Program-made: the position numbers and the translations under genes
Shown: piece after piece, positions 11,746 through 24,704 of the stretch
Layout of the letters: every line of letters starts with the position of its first letter
Numbering within the stretch: the first letter of the stretch is position 1
Notes under the pieces: generated by a model
Seen by the model: only the letters and a program-made list of their open reading frames with translations
The model's database searches: none
Told to the model about the DNA's origin: nothing
Assembly: GCF_006345805.1 (NCBI RefSeq)
Contig: NC_043012.1
Location: forward strand, 14,384,001 to 14,448,000
From: Octopus sinensis
Lineage: Eukaryota
Length of the DNA stretch: 64,000 nucleotides
Reading direction: 5' to 3'

Positions 11746-13635
11746 GTAAGGAAAAATTTTTTTTAAAATGCAGAATGCTCAAATGAAAGAAAATTTTAAT
11801 AAAATGAGAAAAATGATAAAATATATAAAATATTATTATTCAACCGGTTTTCGTCATTGTATGACTTGTCAAGAATATTTATGTTTTAAGAAGTTATTTT
11901 AAAAATTAGAAAGGGGAAAAAAAGAAAATTGCATTGTTTTTTGTAAAAGAATAATGATAAAAATGTACAAAAATTAAAAAATAAGTTCTCCGATACATTG
12001 TGAGTTCGTGTGTATCTTGAGTTTTATGGTTGTTTACCAAAAAATTACCTTGAGGTGTTAAGATCCAAAGGGATTAAGAGCATGTGATGTGTTGTGTTGT
12101 TAAATTCAGCATGTTGCAGGACAGGAAGTAGTAGTAATTGTGGTCCTGGTTCTTCAGTTCTTGTGTTGTGGGTAAGGGGAGACAACTCTTTTGAGTTCTT
12201 CAATAAAACCCAAATTATAAAACTATCATTTTAGCTTCATTTGCATTATCTTTTTTATATAATTGCTTGTTAACTTAACTTTCAGATTTTAACACTTTAT
12301 TTATATTATTTTCTAATAATATAAATCTGCATAGACAATTGCATTTCAAATTGTCATATCATTTATAATAAAAATGATAGTAATAACAACAATAGTAAAA
12401 ATGATATTTAAAGAATATAAGTTTTAGCTTGAAGTGATGAATGCATGGTATCTTATATATTTGTGTTAGTCCATCCATGAAGAGTGAGGTAGAGAAAGGA
12501 AGTTTGATCAACGAGGAGTTTGCATATTAAGTTGTGTTTGGAATTTTTCAATAAAGAGATTCTCCTTGTTAATTCTCTCCTGTGTGGTGATCCCGTCTTT
12601 ACATTGGTAGAAGGGGAATATATAGAATTTGGGGTTTAAGTCTTTAGCACATGAGTCTAAGTGGTCACTCAGTGGAATTTGTCGGTATTCCGGGAGATTT
12701 ATTTGTTCTTTATGCACCGTTACTCGTTTACGTAACGGGAGACTCGTTTGTCCAACATAATTATGTTGGCAACCAGCGCATGTGAGAACGTAGATAAGGT
12801 TCTCGGAGGAACAGGAGAAGTTAGTCTTGATTTTAAACTTCGTACCTGTTTGAAGGTAAATTCAGAGCCTTCAAGTAGAAAGGGGCAGGTACCACAGTTT
12901 GAGCGTGCACATTTTTTACTGTTGGGGGTGGATGTGGTGTGTGAAGTTTGGCATTTGTCAAGAGTTTTTTTAAAGATTTGTGTTGCCTTTTGCATTTGAG
13001 GATTTGTGTGTATTTATAATGTTTTTCATTTTTGGGTCTGTTGACAGTAGACTGAGGTTTTGTATGATTGTGGTGTATGCTTCGATATTTTTGGGGTTGT
13101 GGGTGGAAATGTATGGAAGTAGTATTTGAGGTTGTGTGTGGTGTTAGGTTGGGTGGTTTTCAGTGTAGTGTTGTCTAGTTCTTTGGCGCGTTTTATTCCA
13201 TACTCTATAAGGGTGGAGGGATATTGACGTTGTAATAGTTTTTTTTTGAGGTCTTGAAGGCGTATTTCTCGTGTTTTTGGATCCGAGACAATGGTGCATA
13301 CCCTTTTAGCTAAATTGAAAGGGAATTTGTCTTGGTGTGTTTTGGGTGGCATGAACTAAAGAGAGGTATTGTTGTGAGTCTGTAGGTTTGTGGTAGATGT
13401 CTGTTATGCTTTGGTTCTTAGGTGTTTTTATAATTAGGAGATCAAGGAATGGGAGATGATGTTTGCTTAATTCCATAGTGAATTGGATGTTGGGATGTAT
13501 GTTGTTTAGTATGGTTTTGAATTCCAGGAGTTTTTCATAAGGTTCTTTCCATATGATGAAACAATCATCTAAATACCTTTTCCAGTTTTCCATTAGGTAG
13601 GTGTGGAAAACATGTCCAAATTTCTGGCTTGATAT
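11745..13635 (-). mobile_element. Inverted partial copy of the adjacent Penelope-like element (matches 14360-16244)
   Basis: Minus-strand ORFs 13306-13659, 13026-13352, 12720-12995 and 12508-12717 repeat the + strand peptides, and the 3' tail is mirrored. The junction is at 13635/13636. Confidence 0.92.
11837..11877 (-). ncRNA. Degenerate hammerhead-like motif (mirror of 16116-16156)
   Basis: Same sequence as the + copy. Confidence 0.45.
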
Positions 13636-16244
13636 ATGGACACGGAATTTTATAAACACCTAGTGTTCTCCATGCTTAACAATAACATTTTCTATGAGGT
13701 TATTAACAACTACAAACAGCAAAAAACAATCAGAAACCTCACCACACTCATACGCCAACACGGTCAGGGACTCACAGAAAAAGAAAGGGATTATATCACC
13801 ATTTTCAAATGCAAGCCCAGCCTTTTTATGGCCTTCCTAAAATCCATAAAAACAAATACATCACCGAAGCCTGCAAACTCTCCACTGACATCCACATCAA
13901 CATCAAAGCACCGGAGGACCTAAAACTAAGGCCCATCGTGGCTGGTACCTCCTGTGAAACACACCGCCTGAGTAACTTCTTAGACATCCTTTTGAAACCT
14001 TTCCTTACCCACATCAAAAGTTTCATTAGGGATGATCTGGACATGCTCAAACACCTCCCGAAAACAGTTAACGAGGAGGCACTCCTGGTATCCTTTGATG
14101 TCATCAACCTCTACACCAACATTCCACACGAGTATGGTATAGAGGCAATTGACTTCTGGCTAGAAAAACACCCAGAGACATTCCCTGACCGCATTAACAG
14201 TCTTTTATTACAGAATCTCTTAAGTTCATTCTGACAAACAATTTTTTTCTCTTCGACGACACACACTACCGTCAAAAATGTGGCATTGCGATGGGTACCA
14301 AGGCTGCACCAGTCCTTGCGAACCTCATAATGGGTTACTTCGAACTGTCACTCTATGAAATATCAAGCCAGAAATTTGGACATGTTTTCCACACCTACCT
14401 AATGGAAAACTGGAAAAGGTATTTAGATGATTGTTTCATCATATGGAAAGAACCTTATGAAAAACTCCTGGAATTCAAAACCATACTAAACAACATACAT
14501 CCCAACATCCAATTCACTATGGAATTAAGCAAACATCATCTCCCATTCCTTGATCTCCTAATTATAAAAACACCTAAGAACCAAAGCATAACAGACATCT
14601 ACCACAAACCTACAGACTCACAACAATACCTCCTCTTTAGTTCATGCCACCCAAAACACACCAAGACAAATATCCTTTCAATTTAGCTAAAAGGGTATGC
14701 ACCATTGTCTCGGATCCAAAAACACGAGAAATACGCCTTCAAGACCTCAAAAAAACACTATTACAACGTCAATATCCCTCCACCCTTATAGAGTATGGAA
14801 TAAAACGCGCCAAAGAACTAGAAAAACACACATGAAAACCACCCAACCTAACACCACACACAACCTCAAAATACTTCCATACATTTCCACCCACAACCCC
14901 AAAAATATCGAAGCATACACCACAATCATACAAAACCTCAGTCTACTGTCAACAGACCCAAAAATGAAAAACATTATAAATACACACAAAATCCTCAAAT
15001 GCAAAAGGCAACACAAATCTTTAAAAAACTCTTGACAAATGCCAAACTTCACACACCACATCCACCCCCAACAGTAAAAAAATGTGCACGCTCAAACTGT
15101 GGTACCTGCCCCTTTCTACTTGAAGGCTCTGAATTTACCTTCAAACAAGGTACGAAGTTTAAAATCAAGACTAACTTCTCCTGTTCCTCCGAGAACCTTA
15201 TCTACGTTCTCACATGCGCTGGTTGCCAACATAATTATGTTGGACAAACGAGTCTCCCGTTACGTAAACGAGTAACGGTGCATAAAGAACAAATAAATCT
15301 CCCGGAATACCGACAAATTCCACTGAGTGACCACTTAGACTCATGTGCTAAAGACTTAAACCCAAATTCTATATATTCCCCTTCTACCAATGTAAAGACG
15401 GGATCACCACACAGGAGAGAGAATTAACAAGGAGAATCTCTTTATTGAAAAAATCCCAAACACAACTTAATATGCAAACTCCTCGTTGATCAAACTTCCT
15501 TTCTCTCATCTCACTCTTCATGGATGGACTAACACAAATATATAAAGATACCATGCATTCATCACTTCAAGCTAAAACTTATATTCTTTAAATATCATTT
15601 TTACTATTGTTGTTATTACTATCATTTTTATTATAAATGATATGACAATTTGAAATGCAATTGTCTATGCAGATTTATATTATTAGAAAATAATATAAAT
15701 AAAGTGTTAAAATCTGAAAGTTAAGTTAACAAGCAATATATATAAAAAAGATAATGCAAATGAAGCTAAAATGATAGTTTTATAATTTGGGTTTTATTGA
15801 AGAACTCAAAAGAGTTGTCTCCCCTTACCCACAACACAGGAACTGAAGAACCAGGACCACAATTACTACTACTTCCTGTCCTGCAACATGCTGAATTAAC
15901 AAACACAACACATCACATGCTCTTAATCCTTGGATCTTAACACCTCAAGGTAATTTTTGGTAAACAACCATAAAACTCAAGATACACAACGAACTCACAA
16001 TGTATCGGAGAACTTATTTTTTAATTTGTACATTTTATCATTATTCTTTTACAAAAAACAATGCAATTTTCTTTTTTCCCCTTTCTAATTTTAAAATAAC
16101 TTCTTAAAACATAAATATTCTTGACAAGTCATACAATGACGAAAACCGGTTGAATAAAATATATTTATATATTTTATCATTTTCTCATTTTATAAAAATT
16201 TTTTTCATTTGAGCATCTGCATTTTTAAAAAATTTTTCCTTACT
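13636..16244 (+). mobile_element. Penelope-like element (RT + GIY-YIG), 5'-truncated and frameshifted, with long 3' tail
   Basis: PLE RT motifs YGLPKIHK, LRPIV, SFDVINLYTNIP, MGTKAAPVLANLIM, RYLDDCF, LPFLDLLI and YHKPTDSQQYL; GIY-YIG motif NLIYVLTC..C..NYVGQT..LRKRVTVHK. Confidence 0.93.
16116..16156 (+). ncRNA. Degenerate hammerhead-like motif in the PLE 3' tail
   Basis: TATTC-TTGACAA-GTCA-TACAA-TGAC-GAAAA-CCGG-TT-GAATA: stems I and II pair and stem III is the palindrome ACCGGT, but the core is TTGACAA rather than CTGANGA and there is one extra A. Confidence 0.45.
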
Positions 16245-16339
16245 TATCATTTCTCCACGTGCGGTCAACACAACCCCACCATTATTGATCTATATATATA
16301 TAGATATTATATATATATTATATATATATATATATAAAA

Positions 16340-16658
16340 AGACCCTCCGCGGTTACGACGACGGGTCCAGCTGATACGATCAACGGAACAGCTTGCTCGT
16401 GAAATTAACGGGCAAATGGCTGAGCATTCCACAGACACGTGACCCTTACGTAGTTCTCGGGGATAATCAGCGTGACACAGAGGACACAAGGCTGACCCTT
16501 TGAAATACAAGTACAACTCATTTTTGCAGCTGAGTGAGTGACTGGAGCAACGTGAAATAAAGTGTCTTGCTCAAGGACACAACGCGTCGCCGGGAATCGA
16601 ACTCACAACCTTACGATCATGAGCCGAATGCCCTAACCACTAAGCCACGCGCCCTCAC
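16340..16658 (-). mobile_element. tRNA-derived SINE (CORE-like domain)
   Basis: Minus-strand head GGCGCGTGGCTTAGTGG...GTTCGATTCCC (A and B boxes), followed by GTGTCCTTGAGCAAGACACTTTA. Confidence 0.8.
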
Positions 16659-17057
16659 TTATATATATATATATATATAAGCGTGGTTGTGGTGTATGTA
16701 GGCATGTTTCTATTTCATGTGATTCTGAAATAAGTGTTTTTGAGCTGAAACGAATTCTACATTGTTGTTGGAATAATGTTTGTTACTAAAAGAGCACTTG
16801 TTGTCATTTATTTCCTCTTTCTTGCTTGTTAATGTGAATATAAGTTGTTCACAGTAAATATGACATCTGCATTACAAGAAGTAATATGCTAATAAACTGA
16901 TCCCACGCTGTGGTTTCGATTATCGTTTCAAACTTTACCAATTCTAAATGGGTGTTAATATTCATGAGAAATAATTGAACGTTATGATTTACTATTTCAG
17001 TAGAATGCGTAAAACTTTAATATAAACGTGCGTGTATTGAGTGTGCGTATACCTATA

Positions 17058-17651
17058 CGAGGTGCGTTCAAAATGTATCGGTCCGACTTTATTTTTTTCC
17101 AGCGAAAACCGTCGTCAAAATACTTTGGATTGGAGGTGACATCACCCTTTCTGCGCAAAAATTGTCGAGCCGGTAGGTCACGTTAAATGCCGGCTGTTAC
17201 GCTTAGAGTTCAGACGTGTAATGCATGCTCATCAAACTATTGTTTTCAGGCAAGATGACCAAACGCATGCCTCATCACCAGTGATGGTGGTTTTCAGGAA
17301 GTCTAGGTCGTGGTTTGCACAGCCCAGTATGTCCTGAGCAATTTCTGCTGCTCCGCCAGCATCTTGCGGACAAGTTTCGCCGACACTCTGAGCATGCACA
17401 AATTTTTCATTAAAAGAGAATGCAAAGATTATTTGCTTATTCCCACTTCATGAGCATTTTTCAGGATTGTCACAGAACAGTCTTCCATGACTATTCGTCG
17501 AACCTTCTCAATCGGATTCTCGTCTCGACTTGAGTCTGGCCTTCAGGCATGCACAGGAATGATGGTTCCACCTCCGACCCAAAGTGTTATTCTCACGCGG
17601 CATTAGATTTTGTGAATAAACCTAAATCGGGTACTTTTCGAACGCACCCCG
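17058..17651. mobile_element. Internally deleted and inverted mariner (Tc1/mariner) element
   Basis: TA-flanked imperfect TIRs CGAGGTGCGTTCAAAATGTA / TACTTTTCGAACGCACCCCG. The minus strand encodes RP...ENPIEKVRRIVMED...EVGIS...RVSAKLVRKML and FLKTTITGDE. Confidence 0.85.
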
Positions 17652-18896
17652 TATATGTATAGATATGCATATGCTTATATATATTTACATATGTATGCAC
17701 ACACTGACACACAACTACATCAACACATACATACACACATACTTACATGCATACATACATACAGACAGACATACAGACATACAAATAGACAGACGTACAT
17801 ACATAAATACACACACGTATAAATGTATGTAAACAATTTTGCGGATAAGTAAATTGAATATATTAAATATAACAGCTTGGGTACGAAATATGAAATATGT
17901 ATATATGTATACGTGAAAAACGAGAGAAAGCAAAGAGTTGAGACTTTCAGACGATGAATATTTAAGTATATAAATATATAGGTATTTATATTAATAGATC
18001 CAAGTTACAAAGAGTACAAATGACAGAGAAAATGAAATGGGAGGGAGTAAAGTGTTATAAGTCCAACGGTTGCTTCTGGGGACTCGGAGATCCATCATAA
18101 TGTTGGTAGATATAGTTCATCACAATATGCAGGCCATGATGGAAGCCATCAACATTGGATAAATTCAGTATCCGCCATTAGAGTAGAAAACCTTGAATCA
18201 TTTGAGCGTTACTAAGTGTTTTCTATACTGAAAATCAATGGATCCCATTTATTGACTGTATGTATGTATGTATGTATGTATGTATGTATGTATGTATGTA
18301 TGTACGTATGTATGTATGTATGTATGTATGTATACACCTGCGTATGGGAAACGAAACGATCTAAGAGAAATAATACAGACAAACTGCATATATAAATGGA
18401 GGCAGTTAATATACTGTATACATTTAATATATTTCAATATATATTAAGGTCTATAGTAACTCTTTATTAAATGACGTACACGATAAACTCATAAGTTATT
18501 GAAAAGATTTCTGCTTCCAGAAAAGTAGAACAATCGACTTGTAGTAAATGTGACCGATTGCAAATGAAAAATTGAGTAACTTTCATATATGAAGATTTCT
18601 TCACACTTGACAATGCATAATTGATAGACGCTAGTAATATAGATGAACTCATTCAGTCCATGGTAGTTCTTGTGTAAAATAACTTCTTGTTTGTTTATTT
18701 AAGCGAAAAATAAGTCATTATTTTCTCATAGTTACCAAATTTTCTTTTCGATTTTAGCTCTCATTACTTCCGCTTTTTTCCCCATTTTCCTCTTGACCGC
18801 ATATGTAGTGATATGAGGAAATCGTGTTACTACAAGATGAGTTCGTGAATAGTTTGCTAATTTATTTCTCTTATTTAATTGTAATTCCTTCCATAG

Positions 18897-19061
18897 GTGC
18901 GTGCTGTTGAAACTAAAAGTGAAGAGAGGAAATTAAGCAACCCTAATGCAAGGATCCTTCTCGAAGTAAAAGATATTAATGATAATGCGCCGAAGTTCAG
19001 AAAGCAATTCTACAAATATGAAATAAAGGACAACATTCCATTCAATGAACCTGTACATTCG
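18897..19061 (+). CDS. Cadherin-repeat protein, internal exon (phase 0/0)
   Basis: Polypyrimidine tract + TAG acceptor, GTAAG donor. Translates VRAVETKSEERKLSNPNARILLEVKDINDNAPKFRKQFYKYEIKDNIPFNEPVHS, which contains the DxNDNxP linker. Confidence 0.88.
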
Positions 19062-19204
19062 GTAAGATAAGAATACAATTTAAAAAAATAAATAATGAAT
19101 GTATAAATAGAGTTCTCACCCTAATCGTTTAATATCAATGTGCAAAATCTCATCATATATTGCTCTCACAATATAGAATCACTTTACTTACTGGTCTTAC
19201 TATA

Positions 19205-19490
19205 TATATTTCTTTACTACCCACAAGGGGCTAAACATAGAGGGGACAAACAAGGACAGACAAAGGGATTAAGTCGATTACATCGACCCCAGTGCGAAGC
19301 TGGTACTTTATTTATCGACCCCGAAAGGATGAAAGGCAAAGTCGACCTCGGCGGAATTTGAACTCAGAACGTATCGACAGACGAAATACCCATTTCTTTA
19401 TTACTCACAAGGGGCTAAACATAGAAGGGACAAACAAGGACAGACAAAGGGATTAAGTCGATTATATCGACCCCAGTGCATAACTGGATC
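19205..19490 (-). mobile_element. Two tandem SINE bodies/tails (CTTTCATCCTTTCGGGGTCGATAAA family)
   Basis: Reverse complement of the family seen at 24761 and 57874. Confidence 0.75.
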
Positions 19491-21246
19491 TGCAAAGTAA
19501 ATTATTATATATGAAATGATGTTTCAACTTTTGTTATAAGGCCATTAATTTTAGCGGAGAGGGATTAGTCGAATTAATTGATTCCAGTACTTGACTGGTA
19601 CTTTATTTGATTAACCACGCAAGGAAGAAAGGCAAAGTTGGTCTCAGCTGGAATTGAACTATCAGCATAAACAGACTTAACACCGCAAAGCATTTTCTTG
19701 AGTGCTATGTTATGAGGAAGGGCAGTAATTTGGCAGAATGAGCAATGCGGCAAATAAAATGCATTTGGATATTTAGTTACGGGACTTTGAGTTCTGATCT
19801 GAAACCCTTTCAATGTCAGCTTTGTTTTTCATCCTTCTCAGCTCGATAAATATATTCATGTACTGAAATCGAATTGATAGACTCTAACCTCTCCCCAAAA
19901 GTGTTTGGTTATATGCCAATATTAGAAACCAATGTTATGTAATAAGAAATCAGTTGTTTTGTTAATTAAAAGTAGAAATATTTCTCACGTAGCCCACCTA
20001 TAATTGAAAGCAAATTTAAAGGTAGACGAATGTTTAACTATTTGCACAACGTAGAATACAAATCTCATTAGTCAAATAGTTATACATTTGGTAGAGATCT
20101 CTGTTTAAATATTCATTGGGGTTACTCATTGAAATTCTCCAAATCTAATCTTCATCTCTCAAATCCTTCCAACAAAAATTACATTTGAATTTTTGAAATA
20201 GATTATGAAGTTTGTAAAGAAGATGACATCATAAATTAATTAAAAAGCTAATCATCACCACTATATTCAAAAGGGGTGAATAGATTTCTCCGCTCTGGAT
20301 TAGGTTAAATTGACTTCCTAAAAATATATATCTCTACCAGACTTATCAGTTCTTCTCAATTCTCTAACAAAAAGAACTTTTTAGATCTATTTTAACGATC
20401 TTTCTTCAAGTTTAGACTGATTCTATTCCAGTCCTTTACTAATCAGAGAAACATGTTCTGCTTGATCTAATCATTAATCATTTTCTTCCTCCAGTGGTAT
20501 GTACCTGAGAAAAAACTTAAGACGAATTTTTTTGCTTTATTATTTTTGTTTTTGACTTTTACGGTGTATAGTAACAATTTACTCAAAGTTTTGCTTATCT
20601 GATTTCACAATTTCTATTTAAGTTTGTATTTTGTTAAAAACTTGTCATTACCCGGTGTAATCAAAATTAATCCTATTTTATTTTCAATGGCTGACAGATT
20701 GGAAAACCTGGATTTTCAAAACTTTTTTCCATTCGGTTAGCCATAGCCTACCCGTATTGTCAGGTGTAGACTATTCGAGATTTTTTGAGGTACATATTTA
20801 AATATATCCGCCGTGGAGAATATGATCAAAAACTCAACCAAATAAAAAACTTAGCTTATGAGAACTGACTTCTAACTCTAAGGAGTGAGATACCTGTGTG
20901 ACTGGAACTCTCCAAAATACAGCATTGTTGTAACCTACAATTCTTATCAGTTGTCGTTATTAAAAGTGTTTGATAGTACTCTCTGGCATGAGAGTCGGTT
21001 TCTTTAAATATCGATATTAACCAAAATCGATTCTTATAGAGGATATTAGTCTAAAACCACACATTCTGTGGAAGAGTTTTGTCCATTAAATTGACCGGAA
21101 ATATAAAAATGATTTTGACTTCGACGGAATCTCAAATCAGAACATAAAAATCTTAACTAAATACTGCAAAATTGTTTGTCCAACTTCTTCAACAATTCTA
21201 CCAATTCATTGTCTTTGGTTTCTTATCTACATTAATATTTCTTCAG

Positions 21247-21494
21247 CTCACAGAAAGCATTGATGCATTTGATCCTGATTTAGCAGAGAACGGTACCGTT
21301 GCTTACACAATTATTGAAGTCACCAGAAAAGGTGGAGGAACCTCCTTCAATGACATAAGCCGTTTCAAAATGGATGAAAGCGGAAATCTTAGAGTGGGTC
21401 AAAGTCTAAGAGATTTACGGCGAAAAGGTATTTTTCCAGAGTATCGAATCCTTATTAAAGCAGAAGACCAAACAGAAGATATCAGTTTGCGACG
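21247..21494 (+). CDS. Cadherin-repeat protein, internal exon (phase 0/2)
   Basis: TTCAG acceptor, CG|GTAAG donor. Translates LTESIDAFDPDLAENGTVAYTIIEV...FKMDESGNLRVGQSL...YRILIKAEDQ and continues in frame from the previous exon. Confidence 0.9.
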
Positions 21495-22381
21495 GTAAGC
21501 GATTTTCATCATGAAATGTTTTTAATTGTTTGAATTTTATAATACTGAGATTGATTTGGTTCTTTGTAGTCTAATCTCTATGATTTAATCTTGCTTACTT
21601 CTAAATGTAATTGTATCAGGATATTATTAAACACCAAAAACGTTTCAAACACAAATATTAAATATTTGCAACGCGCATGTTTTGTGTGGTTAATTGTGTG
21701 AATGTGCCTCAAACAAATATCTCCTTGTGGCATTTATTTAAATACTTGTTGAATAAACTCTGGCCTCGCCCGTCAATTGTAATAGCTGACGTTTTCACAC
21801 AGCAGATAACCTCTGAATAACAGGAAAATAGTTTTCATGTATGCTTGAATGCATATATAGAAGATCATTAGATTTTATCTTTCAAAATCTTCCAAATTTC
21901 TCACCAATAGAGAAAGGTCTGTTTTCCAGCCTTGAAGCGGTTTCTTTCGTTCAAATTTACATAACAACTAGATGGTGAAGAAAGCATGTATGGATGTGCA
22001 TATGTTTGTATGTATCTGGACATGGATGTAAGTATAGAAGATGTTTCATACATATGTGGGTTCTCTATGGTTTGAGCATGGTAGTGTTCAAAAACATATG
22101 CATGCATGCTTGCTTGTGTGTGTTTATACACTTATTATCTGCTTATACACACCGCGTTTGTTTACACTTATCGTATGGATAAATGCACTTACTACAAATT
22201 ACATATCTGAAATTACATATGCTTGCAACTATTATTTCTTAATTAGCCAGTTTCTGCTGATTAGGGTAGAAGCAATCAGCTACATATCCAAACGTCGCAA
22301 TAATTCCAAGTCTAAATCTAAAAATATAATCCGAATTGTATACTTGTAGACTTTTATTTTAGATTGACAAAAGTAAGTTTC

Positions 22382-23134
22382 ATATAATTGCCAACCAAGT
22401 GTGGCATCCTATACTGGACAGTGCTACTGACGTTTATAGAAAGACAGCTCTTCCAGCTGGCTAACGACACACATTCTGTGTCTGATTAGTATTTACAAGG
22501 GGAGGTCATTACTCTCATCTCCAGCCTTACGTGATACACATGGACTCGAGTTTCTGGGTGGTAACCCGTTCTCAGCTTGTGTTAATCACCAGCTAGTGCT
22601 GAAAACTCACCCCACTCGTAAAAGGCTATATGCTTTTTCCAGCGACGAAACGTCGCTGAACTCGTAAAAGGAGAAATAAGCTATATTAAATCTCCGAGCG
22701 AGATGTATACAGTAGCAATACGGAATCGTAACATATAATTGCCAACCAAGTGTGGCGTCCTATACAGGACAGTGCTACTGTCGTTTAGAGACTCAGGAAG
22801 ACATATCTTCCAGCAGGAAAAAGCATTTAGTATTTTGCGAGTGGGGTGAATTTTCAGCACTAGCTGGTGATTAACACACGCTGAGGACGGGTACCCACCC
22901 AGAAACTCGAGTCCATGTGTATCACGTAAGGCTAGTGGTGGGAGCGATGACCTACCCTCGCAAATACTAATCGGACACAGAATGTGTGTAGTTAGCCAGC
23001 TGGAAGGGATGTCTTCCTGGGGCTATAAATTTCAGTAGCACTGTCTTGTATAGGACGCCACACTTAGTTGGCGATTATATGTTACGATTCCGTATTGCAA
23101 CTGTTTACGTCTCGCTCAGAGATTTAATGTAGCT
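22382..23134. mobile_element. Foldback insertion with internal direct repeat and 13-bp flanking duplication
   Basis: AAAAGTAAGTTTC occurs at 22369-22381 and 23135-23147. Arm ~22382-22640 is inverted at ~22812-23080, and ~22679-22810 is inverted at ~23000-23134. Confidence 0.7.
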
Positions 23135-23409
23135 AAAAGTAAGTTTCCTCACTAATCTAATATTTACTAAATTTGGAGAGTCATGCTGAAAGGTTACTTT
23201 CCCAGCGTAGCGAATCGTTTTAATGAAGGAGATCAAAATAATATATCGATTCTGGACCTTAAGAGACTATCAACATTCATGAGAGAATACTTTCTGAGGG
23301 ATCCTCGTATAATTTGCCGCTTGCATGCAAACGAAGATTTTGCTCTTCAATAATAGTGGGATTTCTCAATGTCGTCGAATGGATCGGGACCCCTTTCGGT
23401 CACGACACT

Positions 23410-23725
23410 GACCACGAGATTGCACCTAGAAAGTAACCCTCCAAGTCACAAGCCTGGGCAAGGTGGTTTATGGAAGACCAGCAGTCGGCCACGCATACCG
23501 GCCTCCCCTCTCCACGCCACCGATGTTATACAAGGGAAAGTCAAAGGGGCCGATACAGCTTGGGACCCGTGACGTCGCAACTCATTTCTACAGCTGAATG
23601 AACTGGAGCAACGTGAAATAAAGTGTCTTGCTCAAGAACACAACACGCAGCCCGGTCCGGGATTCGAGCTCACAACCTCACGATCGTAAGCTCGACGCTC
23701 TAACCACTGAGCCATGCGCCTTCAC
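23410..23725 (-). mobile_element. tRNA-derived SINE (CORE-like domain)
   Basis: Head GGCGCATGGCTCAGTGGTTAGAGC...GCTCGAATCCC on the minus strand; same central domain as 16340-16658. Confidence 0.8.
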
Positions 23726-24704
23726 TATCGAATGGATATAAAGTGGTATTCAAAGGACGTTTGAATTGATACTATGCCTCTGCATTTTCGTTATCAGACA
23801 GAAGCAGTCGATGTCATCACTTACGTGAAAATGTCAATTAATGGTTAATGGTTGTCTCAATTTCCTTTATTATCCACTCTACAAATCCAAAATATTGATC
23901 CACCAGTCAGTAGAGTAAACTTTGTGATAGATTGATTTATATCATGCAGAGGGTTCTCAGTGTTTTCTTTCCTGATTCATGCACCTTTTTTATTTTAACT
24001 AAGTCGTAGATATATTTTCTTTTACGCCTAAGTACAAGTAGCATTCCCTATAAGACATCGGGAAAATAGTCGGTCGATATTTTACTAGCTTGGCTCACAG
24101 CTAGCTTTCCCTCGGCTTACAATTATGTTGACCCAAATCTATCTTTATATCCTTTGAGAATGACGTAACGAGATCAAGACTCCTCTTCACGTTTTCTTTA
24201 TACTTGAAATATACTTTGTCCTAAGGTGAGTTATGTATTAGTTCGAGGTTTTGGTGTCTTCTTCTGAGCTAATTACGTACTAGATTTCTCCAGCAACATG
24301 AACTAAAGGATTATCAAATGAATAATCAGCATCTTAGATAAAAATCTTTCCTTGACATACAGAATCCTGTACCCCATTAGAGACAATACAATCACCTTTT
24401 AATTTAACTTCAGGATGGTAACCCAGCACCGAATCATGTTGTCTATCACATAGATAATGGTTTCTAAAATTTTAGATGTCAAAGGAATCTCTGTTGTCGA
24501 GGAGCCTTAAACAATCCACAAATTAGCAACGGAATTGAATAATTTTGATCACCAGAGACTCTGACCACATTCCTACTATGCCACAGCACTTTTGCTGTCA
24601 TACTTTTGATATTTAGAAATTGTTCAGCAAATCTCCAAACTTGTTCCCTTCAAACTGCTTCTTTATTTGTGATGATATTATCATCATCACAAAGCAACAC
24701 GATG

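Noticed and set aside
16590-16658. tRNA-like A/B box sequences (also 23650-23725 and 49000-49066)
   Set aside because: They are SINE heads continuing into SINE bodies, with no complete cloverleaf.
24300-24600. Possible decayed LINE RT or APE remnants (also ~20280-20460)
   Set aside because: The motifs are too eroded to support a call without alignment tools.
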